Positions 26,440 to 40,086 are shown, counted from the stretch's first letter. The stretch: 64,000 nucleotides of DNA from Torpedo marmorata (GCA_977017645.1 OZ360231.1:37572001-37636000), one strand, 5' to 3'. Notes: generated by a model from the sequence alone, not told the origin. Numbers and translations are program-made.

Positions 26440-27605
26440 GAGAGACTTAGTGAGTTCAGCAGCATCAGTGGGAGAAAATAAATGGCTGACATTTTAGGCT
26501 GGAACCCTTCATCAGAAAAGAGAGCGTAAATGGGAGGTCACCAGTAATAATGAGGATGGGGTGGGAGGGGTTAGGCAAGGGCCGGTGAACCAAGGAGGGG
26601 TGAAGGATGATGGACAGAGGCAGTTGATTGAAAGGTGCCAAACAAAGGGAGAGCGAGGGAAGAGGGAAACAAAAGAGGTCAGGTGGAGGAAGACGAGTTT
26701 ATACTGGGTGGAGGGGGTGAGAAGTGGAGGCAAAGTCAGCCATGGCTGGAATCTGAAGAAGCAGCGGTGACAATAATGAGAGCTGTTTGGGGAAGAGGTG
26801 AAGGACAGATGGGACCACATGGAATCGAAGGGAGGGGGGAGGGAAAGGGGGGTGGGAAATGAGGGTGGAAGAGGATGGAACCAGAGAGGGAGGGGGAATG
26901 AGAGGGGCAGGGTGGGGTGGGAGAAGGGACAAAAATGGGGGGCAAGGTGGGGGGGAGAACAGAAGTAGCTCAGAAGAGAAAGACGACTCATTACCTGAAA
27001 TTGGTAAATACAGTCATTAGGCTGCAGATGGCCCAGGCAGAATATGAGGCGTTGTTCCTCTAGTTTGCATTGGGGCTCAGTCTGGCAGTGGTGAAGGCCC
27101 AAGGCAGGTCAGTGGGGGAAGGGAAGCGGAGTTGAAATGGCATGTATCCGGGAGCTCGGGATGACTATTATGGACAGAGTACAGGTGCTCTGCAAAGGGT
27201 CCTCAAGTCTGCATTTGGTCTGACTGATGTAGAGGAACCCCCAGCGGCAGAACCATCTGCAGTGGATTGGAGGAGGTGCACATGAATCTTTGCCTCACCT
27301 GGAAAGGCAGTTTGCATCCCTGGATGGTGGCAAGGGAGGAGGTGTGAGAGCAAGTTTTGTACTTCCTGTAGTTTTAGGGGCAAGTATGAGGGGTCACGGG
27401 GAGGGATGAGCAGACAAGGGAGTCATGGAGGGAGCCATCCCGGCAGAAGGCAGAAAGGGATAGGGAGGGGTAGATGTGACTGGTGGTGGGGTCTGGTTGC
27501 AGCTAGCAGAAATGGTGAAGGATGTTCTACTGAATGCAGAGGCTAGTGGGGTGAAAGGTGAGGACAAGAGGAACCCTATCCTCCTCCTCTTTGGAGGGTG
27601 GTGTC
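26440..27605 (-). mobile_element. Penelope-like element 3' part with decayed GIY-YIG endonuclease
   Basis: Minus-strand frames give RVPLVLTFHPTSL, FLYISQTKCRL (YIG-TKR motif) and GLHHCQTEPQCKLEEQRLIFCLGHLQPN. These are followed by a pyrimidine-rich UTR and a terminal unit with a CTGATGA core near 26510. Confidence 0.82.
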
Positions 27606-27691
27606 AGAATGCAGTTGAAGATTTTCCATATCTTTATCAAGATTCCTTTATTGTCACGTAATAGTACATAACAAGTAATATTACACAAAAT

Positions 27692-27945
27692 GGGCAGCAC
27701 AGTTAGCGTAGCGGTTAGCACAACGTGTTACAGTGCCAGAGACCGGGGTTTGAATCCGGCACTGTCTGTAAAGAGTTTGTACGTTCTTCCAGTGTCTGCG
27801 TGGATTTCCTCCGGTTTCCTCCCACACTTCAAAACATATCGGGGGTTGTAGTTCAATTGGATGTAATTGGGCGACACGGGCTCATGGGACGAAAGAGTCT
27901 ATTTCCATGCTGTATGTCTAAATTTTAAATTTTAAAATTTAAAAT
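27692..27945 (+). mobile_element. V-SINE inserted in a minus-strand LINE 3' UTR fragment (about 27637-28010)
   Basis: tRNA head, V-domain and (aaattt)n tail. The host sequence matches 61836-61980. Confidence 0.85.
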
Positions 27946-30204
27946 TGCCTTTTGCCTGCCATAAGGCAAAGAGTCACCATAAGTGTTGCCCAGCACCCCT
28001 TAGAGAAAGAGAGAAACCTTTGAAAACCTGAGCCTCTGAATACATTGAAAATCAAACATTGTTGATGTGCTGATGCTGGCAATTTGAATTAACAAAAGAA
28101 AATATAGGAAACACTCAGTGGGTCAGGCAGCATCTACAGAATGAAGGATAGAATTAATATTTTAGCTGGATGAGCAGAGATGTTGCATGACCTGTGAACG
28201 CATTGTTCATTGGAGAGGTCCAATGAAGTCATGAATGAGGTGACCATTAAATGAGTATCACAGCAGCTAAAAGACTGTACAAACATAATGTTAGCATGAG
28301 CACACTCTGTGATGTTTAGAAAAAATTTGAGCAGCCAGTTCAGAAAATACCCTGTCTCCTGATGTCAGCAAGGTGCCCCTTTAAATAGATACAAATGCAA
28401 AAACATAGTGCAATGCATTTCCTCTTGTTATGTGATGGTTGTAGGTTGCACACATTAAACTCTAATTTATGTCAGTAATGGAGAAAGGAACTGGCACAGG
28501 GCAAACATCTGATGCACCAAGGTACATTATACATGGAAGTATATGGGCTAATTTCCCAATAGGCACGATTTTACCTGGAAATGATTACTAGTGCAGTCAA
28601 AGTCAGATTAAATTGCTTTTATGTGTGAATTGATCATGAAAAATGAGATCCAATTTTGAGACTAAACAATTAATTCCAAATATCAAGGTAAAGTAATAGA
28701 AACTGTTGAGCTCAGATATATTGTTTGATAAAAATAGTTGATGTCTCAGTGGGGACAAGCCTAAAGGCTTTCTTGAAAAGTTCATGAAGGAGGGATAAGA
28801 AACTGAATTACATATTCCAATTAGATTACTGTCCTGCCATCCACGCAGCTAACGTAATGTTTAGAAAATACTCTGAAAAGGTTAGCTTTATTAGACTCTT
28901 TATTAAGTGCTTGGTTAGCCAACTATAAATCAATGCAGCCTAACATTGGATGTCCACTTGAGATTATGGACGTGCCATGGATGGAATATATCACTGACAT
29001 TTAGTGATTTTCATTTCTTGCACTTTAACGTCAAACTATGGAAGTAGCCAGCCTTACAATATATAACATGAAATAATCTACTGTTGTATCACGTGGGCTG
29101 AATTGAATTAGCTGATGAGGGGCTTCTGTGGTGATGGGAATTCAGAATGAGGCTGAGATGCCTCATTGCCTCAACACTGCTGACTGCCTTTTGCACTCAT
29201 GCAGGTGTTGGAGACAACAACAATGCAGCCCTCCCAGAAATGTTCAGGTTTAAACTCCTTTGGACATCTCTGGACTCAAATGCTAGCCTCAGCCAACTCT
29301 GAGGGAGGGCGGGGGGGGGGGGGGGAAGGTTTGTTGAATGGGTCTCCCCACCCTAAGGTTGTTTTAATTGGCTGTTACCAATAATGAGTGGATGCAGTGG
29401 CATTGCAGAGCTTTGACCTGATACATTGATTGCTTGAATGCTTAGCTCTGTCCGCTGTGTACCTGAGTACATTTGGGATTATAACTGCGGTGGTCCAATT
29501 AAACAATATTCTCAATTCCAAGTGGTATGAGTTACTGTCAGCACAATAATTAAATTCTTCCTTCACTGCTGCGTGTCAGTCCCGCTCAGACGCACATCAG
29601 GCTGCAGAATTCAGAGCAAATTTCTTTCTCTTCCTAATTCACAGCCAACAAAACCATGTGTTAATGAACCCACTTCAAATGAGAGTGTGCACAGCAGAAG
29701 TGAGCAATGTTAAGGAACATTAATATTCTGGTCAGGCTGCTTCAATGCTTCAAAGAAGGATAGATAAGGTTAGAGTATTTGGCTGGGTTCAGCATCCTAT
29801 CAACATGGCTTTCCTTCCCTGCCCAAGAAGTTAGTCCAAGTTTTACAGTTTTTTGTATGAACACAATCATTCCTGTTTATATATCCTTGCCCAACAGTTG
29901 AGTTTCATGAAAAATTGAGTCCCATTGTCACATTTTCTGGTACTCTAGATCTCTTTTGATGAACAAAGAATGCTACCCTTCTTTCCAAAGATGTTTTTGA
30001 GTTTTCATTGTGATGTTTGCTAGTAATATAACTATTAGACGTGGGAAGACTTTGCCAGTTCAAATCAGATACATTAGTTGGGTGATAAAGTATCTGTTTG
30101 CTTTCAATGAGTGGGGAAGATGGTGAACCCCAAGGATGGACAGATATGGCAACAGATTGTGGGAAGGGGAAGACAAAACTGTTGTAGGCTGGGATAAGTA
30201 ATCA

Positions 30205-31013
30205 CAAATGGCAATGAGGAAGCGTACAGGAGGGAGATAGATCAGCTCGTTGAATGGTGTAACGACAACAACCTTGAGCTCAACGTCAGCAAAACCAAGG
30301 AGACGATTGTGGACTTCAAGAGGAAGTCAGGGGAACACGGCCCAGTCCTCATCGAGGGCTCAGTAGTGGAGAGGGTCAAGAACTTCAAATTCCTGGGTGT
30401 CAACATCTCCGAGGATCTGTCCTGGAGCCTCCACGTTGATGCAATCACAAAGAAGGCTCGACAGCGGCTATACTTTGTGAGGTGTCTGCGGAGATTCGGA
30501 ATGTCACCGAAGACTCTCGTAAACTTCTACAGGTGTACCGTGGAGAGCATTCTGGCTGGTTGTATCACTGCTTGGTATGGAGGCGGCAACTCTCAGGACA
30601 AGAGTAAACTCCAGAGGGTTGTTAACTCGGCCTGTGACATCACAGGCATCAAACTTCACTCCATCGAGGACATCTACATGAGGCGGTGTCTTAAAAAAGC
30701 AGCCTCTATCCTCAAAGACCCCCACCACCCAGGCCATGCCCTCTTCACTCTGCTACCATCGGGAAAAAGGTACAGGAGCCTAAAGATGAGCACTCAACGG
30801 CACAAGGACAGCTTCTTCCCCGCTGCCATCAGATTCCTGAATAATCAATGAACCAAAGACACTGCCTTACTTTTTGTGCACTATTATTTATAATTTTTAT
30901 AGTAATGTCGTAAAATGGTTATAATATGAATGTTAATTGCACTATGATGCTGCCGCAAAACACCGAATTTCATGACTTGTTCATGACAATAAATTCTGAT
31001 TCTGATTCTGATC
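30205..31013 (+). mobile_element. Rex1/Babar LINE, young 5'-truncated copy (family A)
   Basis: Uninterrupted 180-aa RT C-terminus running to its natural stop (30851), then a 3' UTR and (tctgat)n tail. Confidence 0.92.
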
Positions 31014-31289
31014 TCCAGGAATATATCCCCATGAACTTGTCTAACAAGAGTTGACAATCCTAAACGCCATGAAATTCCATGCTGGACAAACAAGGCTTGT
31101 TCATATGGCAGACGTTGGTTCAGGTTCAGCTTACAGCAGGGAGTTTAACAAAAGTTTGGATTGCAAAAGGGACTAAGTTAAATAGTAAAATAAATAGGAA
31201 TGGTTTTATCGCTGATTTGTTATCTTGGGTTAATCTGTTCTATCATTTTTCACATGAGTAGTTATCTTCCAAAATCAAAGTAAAACATA

Positions 31290-31640
31290 AAACATGCAAT
31301 AGTACAGAACAGGAACAGGCCCTTCGGCCAACATGCCTGCACCAAACTTGAATTAAAACTTTACTGCTTCCACCTGATGCACATCCCTCTATTCCCTGCA
31401 TCATCATGTGTCTATCTAGAAGTCTCTTAAATGCTTCTATTGTATTTACTTCCACCACTACTCCTGGCAGCCTGTTTCAGGCACCTACCACTCTTAAGAT
31501 TCTGACGGTCTATCCAATGAATGCCTCTCATAATTTTATAAACCTTATCAGGTCACTTCTCAGCCTCCCAAACTCCAGAGAATACAACCCAAGTTTGTCC
31601 AACCTCTCCTTGTAGCAAAAACCCTGTAATCCGGGCAACA
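31290..31640 (-). mobile_element. CR1 3' fragment
   Basis: CR1 3' UTR (acagaacaggaacaggcccttcggcc) and VVEVNTIEAFKRLLDRHM. Confidence 0.75.
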
Positions 31641-31819
31641 TGAGAGCCTGTGCTCAAGGCTAAGTACAATAACAAAGAATTCCTCTCAATCTACGACAGA
31701 CTATCAGCCTAGATTAGAAAAGGACCCACTAGTGCAAATTGGGTACATTGCGCCAGACCAGCCAGGCCAGATGCACTGGCAGTGACTTGTGTGGTGGCCT
31801 TGAAGTAGGAACCATTGGG

Positions 31820-31960
31820 ACATACCTTGATGAAGGGCTCAAGCCCGAAAAGTTGGTTACGTATCTTTATCTTTGCTATACAAAGTAAATGTTTGACCTG
31901 CTGAGTTTCTCCAGCATTGTGTGTTTACTTCAACCACAGTGTCTGCAGACTTTCATGTTT
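31820..31960 (+). mobile_element. Penelope-like terminal unit with hammerhead motif
   Basis: atacc-TTGATGA-agggctcaagccc-GAAA-agtt-ggt (core 31827-31850). Short flanking repeat attggga. Confidence 0.8.
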
Positions 31961-34449
31961 TCCATGATTGGGAGATAGGAGACTCGTGTTTATCAACAAT
32001 CCCCGGCACTCTTGTGAAGCGCACAGCTGGTTAGATCAGATATGGATCATCATTTCCTGATTATAGCTAGCCCCACGGATGGTGCATTCAAAGCAGGCCA
32101 ATTTTGCATGATCTCTGATTTGTATATTTCCAGACCAGTTCCAGGTTATCCCTATTCTGCCTTCATTAATTTGGGATTGTGGCTGCTTACTGTGTTGATG
32201 TGCACATTAGTCACATATAGGTGATTTTAGTGCCCATTTTATGCTCATGTAACGGACATGTTGCCTACTGATCTGGGCCATAGAAACTGATAAATGTCAA
32301 GAACCACAGGCAAAATAGGTAAATCTCAACAAATAACAATCACCTCTCACTGAGTTTCATTCAGCGGTGCACAGTATTTTTTTTGACCTCTCCAGAACTC
32401 AGTCATATGATAATGGATTCGATCCTTGTGACCTTGTCTGCATTGCGTCCTGATGGCGTATGCTTTCAGGAGTCTTAACTGAATGTGATGACTGAAGTTA
32501 CTGACCCAGTAGAGTTGTCGACGTAGCTTCAGCACAATGCTTTCACATGTTCACACCCGATTTAGCAGCAGAACAATTCCAGTGCATAATTAATCGCTAC
32601 TGTATTGTATCTGGAATCAACCAGCTTCCTGGTGCATATTTCTAATTGAGTAAATTTTACTTGATGAAGGTGTGGTGCATGCTTTTGGTGAGAGAAGGGA
32701 TAACATCTCCTCAGTGGCAGTCAGGGAGGCAAAAGAAGAAACAGACTTCTATTGCCTCTCAATGTTCCTCCAAGATAACTGGTCATGTTGAAGGATTAAA
32801 CATCAGAGCCTTGGACTAATCTCCAGAAACACGAGCCCAAATACTTAAACGACAGCGAGGGAATTTAATTTCATTTAATTTTAATTTACAGCGCAGAAAC
32901 AGGCCCATGAGCCCACACTGCCCATATACACCCGCGTGACCAATTAACCCGCTAACCTCGTGCGTCTTTGGAATGTGGGAGGAAAATGGAGCACCCAGAG
33001 GAAACTCCTTACAGACAGAAATTCTGTTCAAGTCTGGAATACAGGGCCTGTTTTATAATAGTATCGCTGAAACTAGGGAGTTCTAAAAACCTATCTGCTT
33101 CACCAAAGACACTCAAGGGACTGTCAATGCTGGAATTTGGAGTAAAAAACAACCTACTGGAGGCACTCAGTGGGTCGAGCAGCATTAGTGAGAGTAAAAG
33201 AATTTCCAGTCAGAACCCTCCATCAAGACAGGCGAAATGTTCCAATCCAAAACGCTAACTGTTCTTTTGGTCCCACTGACGCTGAGTTCCTCCAACAGGT
33301 TGTTTTTTTTTTGCTCCTGCTTCACCAAATGTCCTCTAGGGAAGGAAACCTACCACTCTTACTAAAGGGCCGTGGGGAAGACTGGAGGAACAGGACTGAT
33401 AAGACTGTTCTACTGAGAGCCGAAACACACTTGATGGCTTGAATGGCCCTCCTGTGTTGTAACAATTTTACGATTCTGTGAAATGTGATTCCAGATGCAT
33501 TGCAATGTGGTTGACTCTTAATTGCCCTCTGAAGACAGTTCATGCAAGATTAATGAGGAATAGGCAATAAGTGTTTGTCTTCCTAGTGACGATCACAACC
33601 TGTAAATTAATTTAAAAACCTCACAGCTTCTACAATTTAAGCTTCCTCCATAATTAGTAAAATGGATCTTTATCTGAGATTTCAGTGAGGGTTATTTCTG
33701 GAACCAATAACCATTTGAAAAAGAATATTTGTGCTGCTGCAGCTGGGAGTTGAAATAATTTGATCCAAAGTAAATTCCATCATCTAAAAATAGATTAAAC
33801 ATTTTTTATGGATTAGGAAGGAACGTCTTTAATAAGATGTCCGTGATTTTTCTTCAAGATGAATGCAGTGTGTGGTTGCTTTTTATTACAACTATTCAAG
33901 ATTATCATTTTTCTTATAAAAGATGTGCCTGCTGCACATTTATAAATGAGTTTTAATGATTGGTGCTGTGCAGTTACATTAGGTATCTCTTGGATAACTG
34001 TCAGGGGAAGATAATTCACTACCTTGTATCATAATAATGGCATGAATTGGAAAAACTAGCAACAAGAATGGACAGAATGATTCATTGCGGCTACTGAGTG
34101 ACACTGGAATCTGAAGAAGTAAAGAATCACTTCTATTTGTATAGCACTTTTCATAATATGGTTGTAAAGCACCATGGGATAGCTTCAATTAAATCATATT
34201 GATAGATAATAGCAATGTTTTGAACATTGGCCAGTCCCTTGGAAGAACCATCATTTTTTTTTTGAAAAATGCATCCTACTCTATCCACTTGAGTGGGAAG
34301 TTGTTGAATGTCCCATCTGAAAGAGCTATAGGTTTAAGGTCCTGTACTGTATTCCACGCTAATTCCTCTGGAGGGGAATGAATCCACAACTCCTGAAATT
34401 AAAAATAAGAAGGAGCAACCATTATGCCAAGGATAAAGAGCAATCACCC

Positions 34450-35122
34450 ATGGTCTAATGTGGATGGATACATGAATAGGACAGGTTTAGAGGAATATGG
34501 GCCAAATACAGGCAGGTGAGTCTAGAGTGGGTAAGGCTTTTTGGTCAGTTGTGGGTAAGTTGGGCCAAAGGGTCTGTTTCCATTCTCTGTGGCTTTATGA
34601 CTCTCTAATCCAGGAAGAATGTGGTATCTGTGGATAGGGTGCAGAGGAGATTTACCAGGATGTGGCCTGGATTGGAAAATATGTCTTATGAGGCAAGGTT
34701 AGCAGAGCTAGAGCTTTTCTCTTTGGAGCGAAGAAGGATGAGAGGTGACTTAATAGAGTTTTACAAATTATGAGAGGAATAGATAAGGTGGACAGCCAGC
34801 ACCTTTTTCCCAGGGCAGGAGTAGCAAACAGCAGAGGCCACCTGTAAAAGTGAGGTAGGAAAGTTTAGGGGAGACATCAGGGGTAAGTTTTTTTTCTTTT
34901 ACACGGAGAGTTGTGGGTGCCTGGAATGCATTGCCAGGGGAGGTGGTGGAGCTGCAACAATAGGGGCATTTAAGAAAATTTTACTCAGGCACATGGATGA
35001 AAGAAAAATAGAGGATTTTGAGGGAGGGAGAGTTTCTTTTTTTTTCTTTTGGTATATATATGGAGGTCGGCACAACATTGTGGGCCGAAGGGTCAGTACT
35101 TTGCTGTAATGTTTGATGTTCA
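34450..35122 (+). mobile_element. Two adjacent CR1 3' fragments
   Basis: agggtgcagaggagatttaccaggatg...tttctctttggagcgaagaaggatgagaggtgac (CR1 ORF2 end) and CR1 3' UTRs. Confidence 0.8.
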
Positions 35123-35299
35123 AATATGAGACATCAACATGGACATTTACAGCAAAGTTTTGAACAGATAAATGGCCATTTCAAAGAATAAAGTGCTGCC
35201 CAGAGTTGTATACACCTTACACATCAAAGTAACTGGACATTGGCCTCAGCCAGTTGATCTAAGATCTTTTCCTGTAACAATCCCTACAAAGTTGCGAGG

Positions 35300-36933
35300 T
35301 TGCGAGGGAGCAGTCATTGTTGGAATGGACTGAGTCAGAGTGGTAAGGCTTTGGCTCAACAGGCTTTGGCGAGAACAGGTAAGAGGCGAGGGATAGTAAG
35401 AGATGAAGTAAGAAAGGGCCAAACTTTTCAAGGAACAAAAAGGATTCAGCAGGTAGACACAGGTAAGGGCAGGTTTTATATATCATATATATTGTTCCTC
35501 TAGTCATAAACAATGGGAATGGCAGCCAAGGCAGGGGAATGCTCCTCTTGCAGAATGTAGGTTGTCAGGGAAGCCAGCAGTATCCCTGACGACTTCATCT
35601 GCGAGAAGTGCATCCAGCTGCAGCTCCTGACAAAACGAGTTAAGGAATTGGAGCTGGAGTTGGATGAACTCCAGATCATTCGGGAGGCAGAGGGGGTGAT
35701 AGACAGGAGTTACAGGGATACTATTACACCTAGGAGGCAGGAGGAGGGTAGATGGGTGACAGTCAGGAGAGGGAAAGGGAACAGGCAGGCAGTGCAGGGC
35801 ACCCCTGTGGCCGTTCCCCTCAATAACAGCTATACTGTTATTGAGGGGAACGGATACTGTTGGGGGGGGGAAACGACTTACCAGGGACAAGACATGGTGA
35901 TCAGGTCTCTGGCACGGTGTCTGGTCCTGTGGCTAAGGGTAGGGAGGAGAAGAGGTGAGCTGTAGTGATAGGGGATTCCATAGTTAGGGGGACTGATAAG
36001 GGGATCTGTGGAAGAGATCGAGTATCCCGGATGGTATTATTGCCTCCTTGATGCCAGGGTCCGAGATATCTCAGATCAAGTTCACGGCATTCTCAGGAGG
36101 GAGGGTGAGCAGCCAGATGTCGTGGTGCTTACAGGGATCAATGACGTGGGTAGGAAAGGTGAGGAGGTCCTGCAAGGAAAGTTCAGGGAGTTAGGTGCTA
36201 GGTTGAAGGACAGGACCTCCAGGGTTGTGATCTCAGGATTGCTACCCATGCCACGTGCTAATGAGGTTAGAAATAGGAGAATGATGCAGCTTAACATGTG
36301 GCTAAAGACATGGTGCAGGAAGGAGGGCTTCAGGTTTCTGGATCATTGGGCTCTCTTCCAAGTTTGCAGATGACACTAAGATTGGAGGTATTGTGGACAG
36401 TGAAGAAGGTTTTCAAAGCTTGCAGAGGGATCTGGACCAGCTAGAAAAATAGGCTGCAAAATGGCAGATGGAATTTAATACAGACAAGTGTGAGGTGTTG
36501 CATTTTGGAAGGACAAAATAAGAAATGACATGCATGGTGAATGGTAGGGCACTGAGGAGTGCGGTAGAACAGAGGGACCTGGGAATACAGATACATAATT
36601 TCCTGAAAGTGGCGTCACAGGTGGATAGGGTTGTAAAGATAGCTTTTGGCATATTGGCCTTCATAAATCAAAGTATTGTGTATAGGAGTTGGGATGTTAT
36701 GGTAAAGTTGTATAAGACATTGGTGAGGCCAAATTTGGAGTATTGTGTGCAGTTTTGATCACCTAACTACAGGAAAGATATCAATAAGATAGAAAGAGTG
36801 CAGAGAAGATTTACTAGGATGTTGCCAGGACTTCAGGAACTGAGTTACAGGGAAAGGTTAAACAGATTAGGACTTTATTCCCTGGAGCGTAGACGAATGA
36901 GGGGAGATTTAATAGAGGTATTTAAAATTATGA
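35300..36933 (+). mobile_element. CR1 LINE with 5' UTR and ORF1 (C4 zinc finger/leucine zipper + SGNH esterase) fused to the ORF2 3' end by internal deletion
   Basis: ORF1 reads ECSSCRM*...FICEKCIQLQLLTKRVKELELELDEL, VVIGDSIVRG and VVVLTGINDV. It switches abruptly at about 36360 to KFADDTKIG and later LVRPNLEYCVQF. The CR1 resumes at 38189. Confidence 0.88.
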
Positions 36934-38188
36934 TTTTATCTCTCTAGTCCTATTTTTTCTAATTATTTCTTTAAACCTTCCATGAATCATGTAACTTTTA
37001 AAGAATGGTATGGATTGGGCATTAAATGTTTTAAAGATTTATTTGTTGAGGGGAGTCTCGCTTCCTTTGAACAACTTTCAGTTAAATACGGTCTACCAAA
37101 TACTCATTTTTTTCATTATCTACAGATTAGAGATGTTTTATGATCTCAATTACATACATTTCCTAAGAGGACTGATAAGAATTTAAATGATGTAATTTTT
37201 AATTTACAACCTTTCTATAATGGTTCAATATCTAACATTTATGATATGTTGTTGGGAATAAGAGATGCTCCCTCAGATAAAATTTAAAAAGCCTGGGAAC
37301 AGGACCTGCAGCTTTTAATTCCAGAAGAAACTTGGAATATAAATTTCAAATTGGTTAATACCTCTTCTTTATGTGCCCGCCACTCTCTCCTACAATTTAA
37401 AGTAGTCCATAGGGCTCACATGTCCAAAGTCAAACTATCTAATTTTTATGTGGATGTATCTCCTCGTTGTGATAAATGCAACAATGGAGATGCTTCATTA
37501 ATTTATATGTTCTGGACATGCCAGAGTCTTGAGAAATATTGGTTTGAAGTATTTCAAACTTTCTCTGCACTTTTTAAAGTTTTTAAACCAAATCCCTTAA
37601 CTGCTTTATTTGGTATTGTTGGAGAGAGTGACATAACTTTAACGACATCTGAGCTATGTATATTAGCTTTTATTTCTCTTATGGCTAGGCAGGCGGTGTT
37701 GCTCAGATGGAGGGGCGTTACCCCGCCTAATCATGCTCAATGGCTATGTGATGTCATGTCATGTTTAAACTTAGAGAAGATTAGATGCTCATTTTCCAAT
37801 TTGAATTTAAATTTTCAAACACTGTGGTAAAGGTAAAGGTTCCTTTGAATTACTTTTATAATCTTTGATTTGTTATGAAGGTAGAAATGTTGAATAATGA
37901 GGTAATTTATCACTCTGATAAGAATTCTGTCTTTATTTTCTTTCTTTTTTTTTGGCCAAACAGCTTCTTTCTTGGTAGTGGGTTTTGATTTTCCTTTTTT
38001 TTAATAATAAAATAATATAATATCAATACAATATAATCTGTTTGATTAAAATGTGGAGTACCTTGGATGAAATGATATGATTTAAGTGTAATGTAACTTT
38101 TTGAATTTTAACATATATCCATATGTACTCTGTATTTTTGGATGTGAAATTTCAATGTTATAAAAATACCAAAAAAGAAAGAAGAAAG
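36934..38188 (+). mobile_element. L1-clade LINE 3' fragment inserted in CR1
   Basis: ORF LLQFKVVHRAH...RCDKCNNGDASLIYMFWTC (decayed CCHC) and an A-rich tail. 10-bp TSD aaaattatga (36924-36933 / 38189-38198) at a TT/AAAA site. Confidence 0.9.
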
Positions 38189-38224
38189 AAAATTATGAGG
38201 GGGATTTACAGAGCAAATGTAGAT

Positions 38225-38635
38225 AGAACCATAGAACCATAGAACACTACAGCACAGAAACAGGCCCCTTTGTCCCTTCTAGTCTGTGCCATATAACCAT
38301 ATAACCATGTAACAATTACAGCACAGAAACAGGCCAGTTCGGCCCTTCTAGTCTGTGCCGAACCATTCTTTTGCCTAGTCCCACTGACCTGCACCCAGTC
38401 CATAGACCTCCATACCTCTCCCATCCATGTACCTGTCCAAATTCTTCTTAAATGTTAAAATTGAGCCCACATTCACCACCTCAGCTGGCAGCTCGTTCCA
38501 CACTCCCACCACTCTCTGTGTGAAGAAGTTCCCCCTCACGTTCCCCCTAAACCTTTCCCCTTTCATTCTTAACCCATGTCCTCTGGTTTGTATCTCACCT
38601 ACCCTCAGTGGAAAAAAGCCTATCTACATTTACTC
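38225..38635 (-). mobile_element. Young CR1 3' end with duplicated tail
   Basis: Encodes GERFRGNVRGNFFTQRVVGVWNELPAEVV. Two successive 3' tails ((tagaacca)n, (taaccata)n). Confidence 0.85.
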
Positions 38636-40063
38636 CCCCTCATCTCCCCTGTCTAATCCTATGCCATATGTGCTCTGTGGTTAGCAAGGGATTACTTAAG
38701 ATAGTATATGAGTGGAAAAAAAAAGGTTGAGAACCACTGTCCTAAACAATATTTACCTCTCAATTAACATCACTAAACCATATATCCCTGGAAACTGGCT
38801 TGTTTAACACTGGTAAAACATGCTCCACAATTCATCCTTCCTCGCATAAATAGTTTCAGATGTTATAGCTGGGTGAAATTGTGCAAATTCTGAAATCGGA
38901 CTGGCCACTTCTCATTCATACACATGTTTATCCGCCTGAAGTTTTCCTGTTACTGGGCAAAAGGCGGATAATATAAATTAGTGCACAATGTATATTTCAG
39001 CATGAGGTGACATAAATCAGAGATCCCAGGTCCGGAGTATGGTTACTTTCAAGGATCACAGTTGCCATTAAGTATCACTGCAGACATTGAGACAGGTCAC
39101 AAAGCAACAGCAAATCTCACTGGAGACTGCTTATCTACATTCCAGACCAGTCTATAATCAAATTTTCTGGTGCTTTATGGGGAACTAATGATAAAATAAT
39201 ATTACATTTGGCTCAAAAATAATCCTGCAGGTAACGGAAATGTGGGGCTGGGTTTGACAGGTAATGCTCAACTGTGAAATCCCTCTCTCCGAAGCCTGCC
39301 TGTGGCCACAGCAGCCCATCTGCTACATGGGATGTGACTTCAAAGGGTGATGCCTTTTTCTGAGACCTGACATGGGGAATGTGAATTAAGGGCAGTTGAT
39401 TTTTTTTTTCTGAGTGGCTGTAGCTGAGTTGAACCTAGTCCCCTTGGTAGTTTGTAGATTATCTCTTTCTTTTTGGTGTAAAACTCCCAAATGACATTGT
39501 ACACTCATCTTTGATCAAAAGCAGGTTTTATTGCAGGGGGACTAGATTTGACATAAAGATTTGATGCAGCAATATCTTTTTAATGCATCCAAAAAATTTC
39601 TAGGCAGCTACATTGCTTTTATCACATTGCAGTTTGAGAGTGCCTGCCGTTGGAAACCTTTCTGCACATTTTACAACAGTGATTAAACTTTATAGGCTCT
39701 AATGCATTTTGGGAGATTCTGAAAGGGTCACGAAAGGTGCTAGATAAATACAAATTTTTGCTTCTTTAGGTATAAGCTACTTTGATGAGTGTTGGTGTAT
39801 TTGTTAACCATCAATACATCAATACAAACATATCCAATCTTAGAAGAGAAAAAGGATTACAAATTGGAGGCAGAAAAATGTGAAATATTACATCAATGTG
39901 ATAATATATTGGTTTTGTTTTAAGCATTAACATCCTGAAAAATAACAAATTCATGAAGGTGACCCAAAAGCCAATAGAAGGGGTGGGGGTCACTATGTTA
40001 ATCAATGTCTTCCAATCAAGATAATCTAAGCTTGTTTCCCAATCAAACGTGTGCGCATGCATA

Positions 40064-40086
40064 TACACACACACACACACACACAA
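40064..40086. repeat. (CA)n microsatellite
   Basis: Direct reading. Confidence 0.9.

Noticed and set aside
26512-27102. 196-aa Pro/Ser/Leu-rich ORF (also 46628-46987, 50310-50873)
   Set aside because: These are read-through of pyrimidine-rich low-complexity or Penelope UTR sequence, not host genes.
28231-28245. ATG AAT GAG|gtgacc (MNE); similarly ATG AAA GAG|gtaatt at 4113 and ATG AGA GAG|gtacag near 6293
   Set aside because: Such 11-nt patterns are expected by chance in 57 kb, and the 4113 site appears to lie in a LINE relic.
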